Shown here: piece after piece, positions 1 through 7,569 of the stretch
How positions within the stretch are numbered: position 1 is the first letter of the stretch
Layout: the number at the start of each line of letters is the position of its first letter
IMG/VR virus record: IMGVR_UViG_2706794687_000012
Direction: 5' to 3' (one strand)
Source: a virus
Taxonomy: Duplodnaviria; Heunggongvirae; Uroviricota; Caudoviricetes
Length of the DNA: 7,825 bases
Translations under genes and position numbers: made by a program
Notes under the pieces: model-generated
Databases searched by the model: none
What the model was told of the DNA's origin: nothing
Seen by the model: the letters and a program-made list of their open reading frames with translations, nothing else

Positions 1-70
1 TCAATGATCGGAAGTATGCCAAATCGTGATCGATTGTGATGCCAAACTGTGATCGGAGATGGATGCCAAA

Positions 71-877
<807 letters not shown>

Positions 878-971
878 ATATATGTATTTTCTCTGTTAAG
901 CGTGAGCTACGTGAAAAATAATTTTTGGTGTGGGTATTAACTTTGCTTTATTCACGTAGAACACCGTTAAA

Positions 972-3152
972 TCATTCTTCCTCTGGATAGCTTGAACTTA
1001 AGAGCATATCCTGCGTGAACTGGTCATTAGCTGATTGATTGAAAGTAAAGAAAGATGGTTCATCTGGTCGAACGACAACTTGACCACCAAGTGAAACTTT
1101 CACTGGCTCCTGAATACGCTTACTCAAAGCACTAATTTCATCCCTCAGACCCTGAATATCTGCACTCGTTAATGCTGAATCTTGCTTAATGTTGTTTAAC
1201 TCTGGATGATTGAATCTTGCAATATTCATTGTGGCATTGTTAAACAATTCACCCATTGAACTAAAAATTCTACTCCATCCTTCGTTAATCATATTCGGTT
1301 TATTAGGGTCACCAGAATACACGGGATTAAAGTCACTACCCACACCTACCCCAGACGGATGCATATTAGCGTTTTTGACTACTTCCTGATTCATAAAATC
1401 CAGTGCTTTCTTCAATGCATATAAACCAAGAGTGACGCCTCTGATTTGTGGAATCATTGAAGCTAATGCTAACGCTGTTTCATAACCGTCATCAGCATAA
1501 CCAATTGCAAGAGCACTACCTACACCACCAGCTACACCTTTCAGTTTTCCACCACCTTTACCAGTAGCTACCTGACCAGCCACCTGATTAGCTCTTGTAC
1601 CTAACGTTGTGATTGCTCTTGTCAGGTTCATAACCCCTGTAGTAGCACTGAATAGCGTCTTTGCAGATAACGCTATAGCAAGACCTTTGACGAAGTTGAT
1701 AAAACCATCACCGACTTCATCAAGTAGTTTTCGTTTAGTGTCATCAAGGCTGTAATAGAACTTCTTAGTCTGTAAAATCCAGCCTTCAATGGTGTTATTG
1801 AATACGCGAATATCATCTACACCAGCTTTAAGCATGTCGATAAGTCCACCGATAGCATCACCAGCGATAGAAGAACTCATCCCCATTTCACTAAGCAGGT
1901 TACTCAGGCTGGATAAGAAGCCGTTTAGCTCATCCTGTGAACCTGAGAAGATTTTCACCATCGTATCATCCCAATTGTTTGCTAACTTACCTAAAGCTGT
2001 CTGAGTGCTCTTAGTGACTTCAGCCCAGCCACCCGCTTTATCAATCATCAAGCCCATCTGTTTAGCGACTTTAGGGAGAGTATCAGCGGAAAGTACCTTC
2101 CCGTTTTTCATGGCTGCATCAAGCTCTGTAGCAGTCATACCCAATGCTTCAGCGAATAGCTTAAATGCACCAGCCATACGGTCACCTAACTGCCCACGTA
2201 ATTCCTCAGCCTGAATCTTGCCCTTGCTCGCCATCTGCTCAAATGCTCTCAAAATGCCGTTTAGCTCATCGTTAGAAAGCCCCATTAAGCGACTCATAGC
2301 CGTTGCATTACCAAATAGCTCCTGTGTCTGTTCCTGTGACATAGAACCCTGAGCACCTGCTGCAAACTTAGCGTAGCTTGATAGCCCTTCAGAGATATTA
2401 AGACCTGTCTTGTCTGCTAAATTTCGAATAAATACCTCAGCTTCAGATGCTTTATCACCAAGTACAAACTTAGCGGCTCTCTGTGCGGAATCTCGTTTAA
2501 GACCTGCATTCATAATGGCCTTGTAAGCGTTAAGAGCACCCATCACAGAGTAAAATGCACCAGATAATTTAATCGCATTGCTTGCAAGATTATTAAATGC
2601 GTCGCTTGTATTGTTAATGCTGGCGGTCTTTGTCTGTGACCTGAGTTTATTCAACGTTTCACGAAGAGATTGATTTAATTTTGCAAGTTCAGCGTTAAAC
2701 TTTTCACTTCCAATATTACCAGCCTTACCGCTTAAGCTGTAATACTGTGCTTTAAACATTTTAGCCATCAGCGGATTAATATCACCAAGCTTAGACATAT
2801 TCACGCTATGCGCTGCTGTGATTGCTCTGTTTCCGCTAATTCGTGGTTGCCTTGATTGTTTTGGAGGATTAACAGTGTCATTAAATCTGGTGGCAAACTG
2901 AAATGCTTTTGTGCTTCTTGCTCTCTGCTCAATCTTGTCAAAGGTCTTATTAAACTTCCTTTCAAGCTGCCCTAAAGAACTTGTCAGATTGCTGTCAAGT
3001 TGCTTGGTATCGACCTTAAACGCTCTATTCAAATTGCGTTCAATTCTTTGTGCTGACTGCAAAGCTGCCTTTTCAACTCTTTGCAAGCCCTTAATAACGT
3101 TTTCACTGAAACTAAGTTCAACGATAAAACTATCAACTGTGAATTTGCTCAT
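972..3152 (-). CDS. Phage tail tape measure protein (726 aa)
   Basis: Track ORF 972-3152. RBS AGAGGTGA 7 nt upstream of ATG. Long, largely alpha-helical, Ala/Lys/Leu/Gly-rich protein; contains a segment typical of tape measure proteins (…NDELNGILRAFEQMASKGKIQAEELRGQLGDRMAGAFKLFAEALGMTATELDAAMKNGKVLSADTLPKV…) and a Gly-rich hydrophobic stretch (GQVATGKGGGKLKGVAGGVGSALAIGY). Recognised from memory of the family, not by search. Confidence 0.8.
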   Translation of the reverse strand: MSKFTVDSFIVELSFSENVIKGLQRVEKAALQSAQRIERNLNRAFKVDTKQLDSNLTSSLGQLERKFNKTFDKIEQRARSTKAFQFATRFNDTVNPPKQSRQPRISGNRAITAAHSVNMSKLGDINPLMAKMFKAQYYSLSGKAGNIGSEKFNAELAKLNQSLRETLNKLRSQTKTASINNTSDAFNNLASNAIKLSGAFYSVMGALNAYKAIMNAGLKRDSAQRAAKFVLGDKASEAEVFIRNLADKTGLNISEGLSSYAKFAAGAQGSMSQEQTQELFGNATAMSRLMGLSNDELNGILRAFEQMASKGKIQAEELRGQLGDRMAGAFKLFAEALGMTATELDAAMKNGKVLSADTLPKVAKQMGLMIDKAGGWAEVTKSTQTALGKLANNWDDTMVKIFSGSQDELNGFLSSLSNLLSEMGMSSSIAGDAIGGLIDMLKAGVDDIRVFNNTIEGWILQTKKFYYSLDDTKRKLLDEVGDGFINFVKGLAIALSAKTLFSATTGVMNLTRAITTLGTRANQVAGQVATGKGGGKLKGVAGGVGSALAIGYADDGYETALALASMIPQIRGVTLGLYALKKALDFMNQEVVKNANMHPSGVGVGSDFNPVYSGDPNKPNMINEGWSRIFSSMGELFNNATMNIARFNHPELNNIKQDSALTSADIQGLRDEISALSKRIQEPVKVSLGGQVVVRPDEPSFFTFNQSANDQFTQDMLLSSSYPEEE
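1525..1532 (-). other. Chi octamer 5'-GCTGGTGG-3' on the minus strand (plus strand reads CCACCAGC)
   Basis: Exact match to the E. coli-type Chi sequence, inside the tape measure gene. Confidence 0.5.
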
Positions 3153-3250
3153 TCATGTTTCACCTCTTTAAGTGTTCATATACGAAAAAGGGAAAGACTA
3201 CCGATATCACTCGATAATCTCTCCCGTAGATTTTCACCCAACCAATCTTG

Positions 3251-3457
3251 TTACCTAACCAGATAATAATTACCATCTTCACCAACAATCTGACAATCAC
3301 TTGGTAATTTATCAAGACACCACTTAGCTATTTTCCTGATTCTATTCTTTTGCTTAGAGGAGGTGAATGATTTGATTCGTTTTGGTTTGTTGGGTTGTTC
3401 TTTCAATCGTTCACTAATTGCTTTAATAAGCTCATAGCGTTCTGTTAAATCAATCAT
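3251..3457 (-). CDS. Small basic hypothetical protein (68 aa) immediately upstream of tape measure gene
   Basis: Track ORF 3251-3457; ATG preceded by GGTGGTGG-tga; translation MIDLTERYELIKAISERLKEQPNKPKRIKSFTSSKQKNRIRKIAKWCLDKLPSDCQIVGEDGNYYLVR. No family recognised. Confidence 0.55.
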   Translation of the reverse strand: MIDLTERYELIKAISERLKEQPNKPKRIKSFTSSKQKNRIRKIAKWCLDKLPSDCQIVGEDGNYYLVR

Positions 3458-3481
3458 TCACCACCACCTTTTAATTATTAA

Positions 3482-4192
3482 TTAAATAGCCTTTGCATAT
3501 TTGCTAGAAATCTTCGTAAGCTGCTCAATATCAGCCTGCATAGCAATCTTCTTAGCATCTTCATATTCTTTCACAAGCTCTTTCATAGCCTGAAGCTCTC
3601 TTGAGAGATACAACTTAACATTATCAAGTTGCTTGTTACGTGATGCCAAGATGTTCTGTCTAGCAATTTCAGCGAGTTCTTCATCGCTCTTATTAGTCAT
3701 GTAAATAAACTGACCAGCACCTCTTGATGCCTTAACCATCTTCACAATTCGATGTCCAGCAGGAAGACTACTAATCACGGCTGCGACGTTTTCTTGAAAA
3801 GTACCAAAACCATCATTATCTTCGTATTGGTAATAGACAAATGGTTTCTGTGACAATTCATCCTGAATCTCAAATTCTGACGGCTCAATAGCTGATTGCA
3901 TCAAGGTAACTTTGCTGTAAGCGTCATCTAATCTAAGGCGCTGTTCTTTCAGCAGTTGGTAATATTTCTTTTCAAGCTCAAGTAATGCTTCACTCTTGCA
4001 AATATCAGGCATCTCTTGAGGCTCAGGAGACACAAAGATGGTTGTTTTTGGTGACATCTTTAGCGATTGCTCAAGCTCAATACGCTTGTCATGCTCTTTA
4101 CGCTGAATAGTGATAGCTGGATGTTCAGTCTGTGGCGACCAGTCACTGAAGCTATCAATCACTTTGCCATTAATGTAAATATCATTTGTCAT
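3482..4192 (-). CDS. Hypothetical protein, 236 aa from the RBS-supported ATG; helical or coiled-coil-like; possibly a tail assembly chaperone or scaffold-like protein (speculative)
   Basis: Track ORF 3482-4240 (GTG start). I prefer ATG at 4192-4190 because of AGAAGAGGAAAAGCA-ATG (GAGG 7 nt upstream). The frame stays open upstream into the N block at 4252, so a longer gene cannot be excluded. C-terminal half has heptad-like charged helices (…ELAEIARQNILASRNKQLDNVKLYLSRELQAMKELVKEYEDAKKIAMQADIEQLTKISSKYAKAI). Confidence 0.7.
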   Translation of the reverse strand: MTNDIYINGKVIDSFSDWSPQTEHPAITIQRKEHDKRIELEQSLKMSPKTTIFVSPEPQEMPDICKSEALLELEKKYYQLLKEQRLRLDDAYSKVTLMQSAIEPSEFEIQDELSQKPFVYYQYEDNDGFGTFQENVAAVISSLPAGHRIVKMVKASRGAGQFIYMTNKSDEELAEIARQNILASRNKQLDNVKLYLSRELQAMKELVKEYEDAKKIAMQADIEQLTKISSKYAKAI

Positions 4193-4252
4193 TGCTTTTC
4201 CTCTTCTAAGCGGAAGTGTTTCAGTTTTTAAAAAGCACACCTGACAGCCTAT

Positions 4253-4562
4253 NNNNNNNNNNNNNNNNNNNNNNNNNNNNNNNNNNNNNNNNNNNNNNNN
4301 NNNNNNNNNNNNNNNNNNNNNNNNNNNNNNNNNNNNNNNNNNNNNNNNNNNNNNNNNNNNNNNNNNNNNNNNNNNNNNNNNNNNNNNNNNNNNNNNNNNN
4401 NNNNNNNNNNNNNNNNNNNNNNNNNNNNNNNNNNNNNNNNNNNNNNNNNNNNNNNNNNNNNNNNNNNNNNNNNNNNNNNNNNNNNNNNNNNNNNNNNNNN
4501 NNNNNNNNNNNNNNNNNNNNNNNNNNNNNNNNNNNNNNNNNNNNNNNNNNNNNNNNNNNNNN
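4253..4562. other. Masked or unresolved block (310 N)
   Basis: Run of n in the sequence; content unknown. Confidence 1.
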
Positions 4563-4579
4563 ATTAATAGTTTAATTCA

Positions 4580-4596
4580 GGAAGAGTTGCTCTTCC
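4580..4596 (-). terminator. Candidate hairpin (GGAAGAG-ttg-CTCTTCC) downstream of the small minus-strand ORF; weak or no U-tract
   Basis: 7-bp stem, 3-nt loop read from sequence; followed on the minus strand by AT-rich sequence but no clear T-run; abuts the N block. Confidence 0.25.
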
Positions 4597-4657
4597 CTAT
4601 TACCATCATCTCATGCTTAAGGTTATTTGTCAACAGCTTTTTAACAGATTGGTAACA

Positions 4658-4735
4658 TCAATTCTTATTTACCGTATTACCTACCCAGCAACCAACAAAT
4701 AACCCTAAAGTCATCCAGAGAATAACGAGTGTCAT
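4658..4735 (-). CDS. Candidate small hydrophobic peptide (25 aa, single predicted transmembrane segment), start overlapping the stop of the upstream gene (TAATG)
   Basis: Not in the ORF track (below its length cutoff). ATG at 4735-4733 overlaps TAA 4737-4735 of the 101-aa gene; translation MTLVILWMTLGLFVGCWVGNTVNKN; stop TGA at 4660-4658. Confidence 0.3.
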   Translation of the reverse strand: MTLVILWMTLGLFVGCWVGNTVNKN

Positions 4736-5040
4736 TACATCACCTCGCTGTAAGGGTTTAATTCATTCTGATAGGTCAAGAATACATTCAGCTTCAATAA
4801 TTGCTCAGGGCTTAAATCAAGTCGATTGCACTCTTCAATGATAAAGCGCTTATTGTATGGGTCTGTTACTTCCAGCTTGTGAACATAGTCACCAAGTTTA
4901 ATTTCGTTGATTATATGCTTGTCAATATACGTTGACGCTTCAAAACAATGCATGAAATAGATATTAAAGCCCGACCTGTTCAGGTCAATCAACCAATTCA
5001 TGGTTTCTTGGTCAACCATAATTTGCATTGGGTAATTCAT
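4735..5040 (-). CDS. Hypothetical protein (101 aa)
   Basis: Track ORF 4735-5040; ATG preceded by AGGAAGGA 8 nt upstream; in-frame stop 39 nt upstream of the ATG. No family recognised. Confidence 0.7.
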   Translation of the reverse strand: MNYPMQIMVDQETMNWLIDLNRSGFNIYFMHCFEASTYIDKHIINEIKLGDYVHKLEVTDPYNKRFIIEECNRLDLSPEQLLKLNVFLTYQNELNPYSEVM

Positions 5041-5093
5041 TTTTAAAATCCTTCCTGTATCGCATTCTAAGACGTTTTAACCCCTTTTTTAGA

Positions 5094-5351
5094 NNNNNNN
5101 NNNNNNNNNNNNNNNNNNNNNNNNNNNNNNNNNNNNNNNNNNNNNNNNNNNNNNNNNNNNNNNNNNNNNNNNNNNNNNNNNNNNNNNNNNNNNNNNNNNN
5201 NNNNNNNNNNNNNNNNNNNNNNNNNNNNNNNNNNNNNNNNNNNNNNNNNNNNNNNNNNNNNNNNNNNNNNNNNNNNNNNNNNNNNNNNNNNNNNNNNNNN
5301 NNNNNNNNNNNNNNNNNNNNNNNNNNNNNNNNNNNNNNNNNNNNNNNNNNN
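5094..5351. other. Masked or unresolved block (258 N)
   Basis: Run of n; lies between the stop of the 73-aa gene (5402) and the start of the 101-aa gene (5040); could hide a small gene or RNA. Confidence 1.
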
Positions 5352-5401
5352 AAAATAACGAAATGCTTTATTAGTCTGAAGTTGTACTGTGATAGTTTTC
5401 A

Positions 5402-5623
5402 TCAAGCACCCCATTCAGAAATAAGCTTAATTCCCTGCTCAAGCTGTTCAGGGTCGTTATAGTCGAGTATTACCAGTGGCTTTAATTCGTGTTTAAGCTG
5501 GTGGATTTGAGAGGGTTTTAATCGTTTGTTTGCTTTGAGGGTCACATCTTCAAATTCAGCATCTGCTAAATTCTGTCTGATTAGGTGGCGGCCAAGTGTG
5601 GAATATTGGAACCTATAACACAT
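5402..5623 (-). CDS. Hypothetical protein (73 aa), translationally coupled to the upstream 96-aa gene
   Basis: Track ORF 5402-5623; its ATG (5623-5621) overlaps the TAA (5625-5623) of the upstream gene as TAATG. Translation MCYRFQYSTLGRHLIRQNLADAEFEDVTLKANKRLKPSQIHQLKHELKPLVILDYNDPEQLEQGIKLISEWGA. Confidence 0.65.
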   Translation of the reverse strand: MCYRFQYSTLGRHLIRQNLADAEFEDVTLKANKRLKPSQIHQLKHELKPLVILDYNDPEQLEQGIKLISEWGA

Positions 5624-5913
5624 TAAACCTCCAATCTATCCGCCAGTTGATGGACCTTAGCGCTTAACACCTGAATCATTGAGCAACCTGCTACTGCGGA
5701 CTGTGCTTTGAGTAGTTCCAGTTGGCCCGTTGTGATTCTGATGGCCTTAGAACCCTCTGCGACGCCCTTAACGTTATCGAAAGGGCTAAGGTTTACCGAC
5801 TCTTTTAAAATCTCCCCAACAAGCGCTGTGTGCTTCATATCGGGATATTTGGCTTTGATTGCTGCCAGTCGTTCAAATGCCTCTGGCAAAAGGCGCGTAA
5901 CTGTGTGAGTCAT
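5623..5913 (-). CDS. Hypothetical protein (96 aa from the RBS-supported ATG; 106 aa if the upstream ATG at 5943 is used)
   Basis: Track ORF 5623-5943. The second in-frame ATG at 5913 has AAGGAGAT 7 nt upstream; the first ATG at 5943 has no obvious SD and sits about where the proposed minus-strand promoter would start transcription. Translation from second ATG: MTHTVTRLLPEAFERLAAIKAKYPDMKHTALVGEILKESVNLSPFDNVKGVAEGSKAIRITTGQLELLKAQSAVAGCSMIQVLSAKVHQLADRLEV. Confidence 0.7.
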   Translation of the reverse strand: MTHTVTRLLPEAFERLAAIKAKYPDMKHTALVGEILKESVNLSPFDNVKGVAEGSKAIRITTGQLELLKAQSAVAGCSMIQVLSAKVHQLADRLEV

Positions 5914-5949
5914 TGTAAAAATCTCCTTAAATCTCTTACTCATACTACA

Positions 5950-5978
5950 ATCTTAACATCTATTTAACATATTGTCAG
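5950..5978 (-). promoter_or_regulatory. Candidate sigma70-type promoter for the minus-strand 96-aa/73-aa operon (-35 CTGACA, 17-bp spacer, -10 TAAGAT)
   Basis: Minus strand reads CTGACA (5978-5973), 17 nt, TAAGAT (5955-5950). Its -35 overlaps the -35 of the divergent plus-strand promoter. Pattern match only. Confidence 0.3.
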
Positions 5979-6000
5979 TACCTCATTTACATGATACTAT
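5972..6000 (+). promoter_or_regulatory. Candidate sigma70-type promoter (-35 TTGTCA 5972-5977, 17-bp spacer, -10 TACTAT 5995-6000) driving the plus-strand small ORF
   Basis: Hexamers and spacing read directly; predicted start of transcription near 6007, RBS AAAGGA at 6038-6043, ATG at 6051. Confidence 0.4.
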
Positions 6001-6050
6001 GGTTGTAGGGGCTGATACAGGTGCTGTTTCCTTTCACAAAAGGAAAATTA

Positions 6051-6227
6051 ATGCATGATTTTTTCACAGCAATTATTGAATCTCATCGTTTTAGCTCGTT
6101 GGGCTTTGCGGTATTTATTGTGCTATTGGTGTTTTGCGTTATGAATCGAGTCATTACAAAAAAGACAAAGCTTACAATTCGACTTAAACTTCTTCGTGTT
6201 GAGATAGAGATTTCAGTAAATAAATAG
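6051..6227 (+). CDS. Small predicted membrane protein (58 aa from ATG 6051; 68 aa if GTG 6021 is used), only convincing plus-strand gene in the window
   Basis: Track ORF 6021-6227. RBS AAAGGA 7 nt before ATG 6051. Translation MHDFFTAIIESHRFSSLGFAVFIVLLVFCVMNRVITKKTKLTIRLKLLRVEIEISVNK: one hydrophobic segment followed by a basic tail. Divergent from the 96-aa operon and convergent with the 98-aa gene. Confidence 0.45.
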   Translation: MHDFFTAIIESHRFSSLGFAVFIVLLVFCVMNRVITKKTKLTIRLKLLRVEIEISVNK

Positions 6228-6234
6228 CTGGTGG
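6227..6234 (+). other. Chi octamer 5'-GCTGGTGG-3'
   Basis: Exact match at 6227-6234, overlapping the stop codon of the small plus-strand ORF; a near-match ATTGGTGG lies at 6262-6269. Confidence 0.5.
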
Positions 6235-6236
6235 CC

Positions 6237-6533
6237 TTACCGGCACTTTCCCTTGATAATATTGGTGGCCCTCAGATTACCGGGGTCACCGTCTTTTAAT
6301 CGTAGCTGGTGGACTGAATCCCATAAATCGTAATGATACAGCACCGCAAACTTCAAAGCGTCAATCTTTAAATCTGTCACATCATCGACGAAATAATAAT
6401 CCCTCCCTTCTTTCTTCGGTCGAATCCGGTAAACTTCCCCGTGAGTATCTTTCATCAAGTAACCTTCACGAGAAATGCTGTAACGTCTGAGTAAATAGTC
6501 ACGGTATTTTCTCTCGCCATTATAAGTTTTCAT
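6237..6533 (-). CDS. Hypothetical protein (98 aa), translationally coupled to the upstream winged-HTH gene
   Basis: Track ORF 6237-6533; ATG 6533-6531 overlaps TAA 6535-6533 of the upstream gene (TAATG); GGAGG about 9 nt upstream. Translation MKTYNGERKYRDYLLRRYSISREGYLMKDTHGEVYRIRPKKEGRDYYFVDDVTDLKIDALKFAVLYHYDLWDSVHQLRLKDGDPGNLRATNIIKGKCR. Confidence 0.7.
   Translation of the reverse strand: MKTYNGERKYRDYLLRRYSISREGYLMKDTHGEVYRIRPKKEGRDYYFVDDVTDLKIDALKFAVLYHYDLWDSVHQLRLKDGDPGNLRATNIIKGKCR
6305..6312 (+). other. Chi octamer 5'-GCTGGTGG-3'
   Basis: Exact match at 6305-6312, inside the 98-aa gene; second plus-strand copy within 80 bp of the first. Confidence 0.5.
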
Positions 6534-7471
6534 TAAAACATTCCTCCACCATAAACACGTCTGACTTTAACTTTTTCTTTCTTTGGCTCGGTGTGAGTTT
6601 TCTTTTTTGGTGTAAAAGTAAAATCATCGTCACTATCATCAAAGTCATCGAGGTCACTAACCTTGTTCTTTAGCTTCGCATTTCTGAATCTTTCTTTAAT
6701 TTCTGCTTTACGCTGTTCACGTTTCAATTCCTTTTCAGGGTCTTCTTCATCATCAAGGTCAACATCCGGTAATTCATCATCAGTGGCGGGGCACTGTGTG
6801 TTTTTATGGTCACTACTAGCAATCACATCAGAGATTTTATCTTCCTTTTTAACGACCTCTTTAGCAGCTTCACTATCAAGGTCATCTAAGTCAGATGTTT
6901 TAACAGTCTCTNNNNNNNNNNNNNNNNNNNNNNNNNNNNNNNNNNNNNNNNNNNNNNNNNNNNNNNNNNNNNNNNNNNNNNNNNNNNNNNNNNNNNNNNN
7001 NNNNNNNNNNNNNNNNNNNNNNNNNNNNNNNNNNNNNNNNNNNNNNNNNNNNNNNNNNNNNNNNNNNNNNNNNNNNNNNNNNNNNNNNNNNNNNNNNNNN
7101 NNNNNNNNNNNNNNNNNNNNNNNNNNNNNNNNNNNNNNNNNNNNNNNNNNNNNNNNNNNNNNNGCTGTAAGCTCTGTTAAAACCTCCGGTACTTCATCAA
7201 GTGAATAAACTTTAATAACACACTGATTGCTTGCAACGTTAGTTTTCTTGATTAAACCATGTGCCTCAAGTTGTTTCATACATGCAATCACGGATGTTCT
7301 TGTGATTCCAGCATACTGACCAAGATGAGCATATGAAGGGGTATAATATTGCCCCTTATCGTGATAAAACTTTTGTTCATTCAACATGACAGTGTAAATA
7401 ATACGGTCGGCAGCTTTAACGCCATTAGTCATCTGATAAATACGGTCATCAAACATGTGGAATTTTTCCAT
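6533..7471 (-). CDS. Winged-helix-turn-helix protein, putative replication initiator or replisome organiser (about 312 aa, middle 84 codons masked); charged low-complexity C-terminal region
   Basis: Track ORF 6533-7528; I prefer ATG at 7471 (AAAGGA 8 nt upstream). N-terminal part …RIIYTVMLNEQKFYHDKGQYYTPSYAHLGQYAGITRTSVIACMKQLEAHGLIKKTNVA… resembles the DNA-binding domain of phage or plasmid initiators. C-terminal part is acidic then basic (SDLDDLDSE…DVDLDDEED…SDLDDFDDSDDDFTF…PKKKTHTEPKKEKVKVRR). Reading frame is continuous across the 252-N block only if the N count is the true length. Confidence 0.6.
   Translation of the reverse strand: MEKFHMFDDRIYQMTNGVKAADRIIYTVMLNEQKFYHDKGQYYTPSYAHLGQYAGITRTSVIACMKQLEAHGLIKKTNVASNQCVIKVYSLDEVPEVLTELTXXXXXXXXXXXXXXXXXXXXXXXXXXXXXXXXXXXXXXXXXXXXXXXXXXXXXXXXXXXXXXXXXXXXXXXXXXXXXXXXXXXXXETVKTSDLDDLDSEAAKEVVKKEDKISDVIASSDHKNTQCPATDDELPDVDLDDEEDPEKELKREQRKAEIKERFRNAKLKNKVSDLDDFDDSDDDFTFTPKKKTHTEPKKEKVKVRRVYGGGMF
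6912..7163. other. Masked or unresolved block (252 N) inside the winged-HTH gene
   Basis: Run of n; length is a multiple of 3. Confidence 1.
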
Positions 7472-7569
7472 TATATTTTCCTTTTTAAAAATAAAACAAA
7501 GAAAGGGCTGACCACGTATAGTGACCAACCCCAGAGGGAGTGAATTAATTAGAAGATGGACTGATAAAG

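Noticed and set aside
1789-3266. Plus-strand track ORFs 1789-2004, 2005-2214, 2911-3171 and 3081-3266
   Set aside because: All lie antisense within or across the start of the tape measure gene, have no RBS and give low-complexity translations; they are shadow ORFs of the minus-strand gene.
3458-3484. Readthrough or frameshift fusion of the 236-aa and 68-aa genes (they share a frame)
   Set aside because: Two in-frame stops (TAA at 3484-3482 and TGA at 3460-3458) separate them and the 68-aa gene has its own RBS.
4627-4658. Plus-strand promoter antisense to the 25-aa peptide ORF (TTGTCA ... TAACAT)
   Set aside because: The spacer is 20 nt, outside the workable 16-18 range, so I do not call an antisense RNA or a type I toxin-antitoxin locus.
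5708-5908. Plus-strand ORF antisense to the 96-aa gene
   Set aside because: Fully embedded antisense in a gene with better start signals; no RBS.
4216-7208. Track ORFs that run through N blocks (4216-4575 +, 5028-5462 +, 5067-5414 -, 6663-7208 +)
   Set aside because: They exist only because N is translated as X; the flanking real sequence contributes a few codons with no start context.
7349-7543. Plus-strand ORF antisense to the start of the winged-HTH gene
   Set aside because: Antisense shadow ORF; no RBS.
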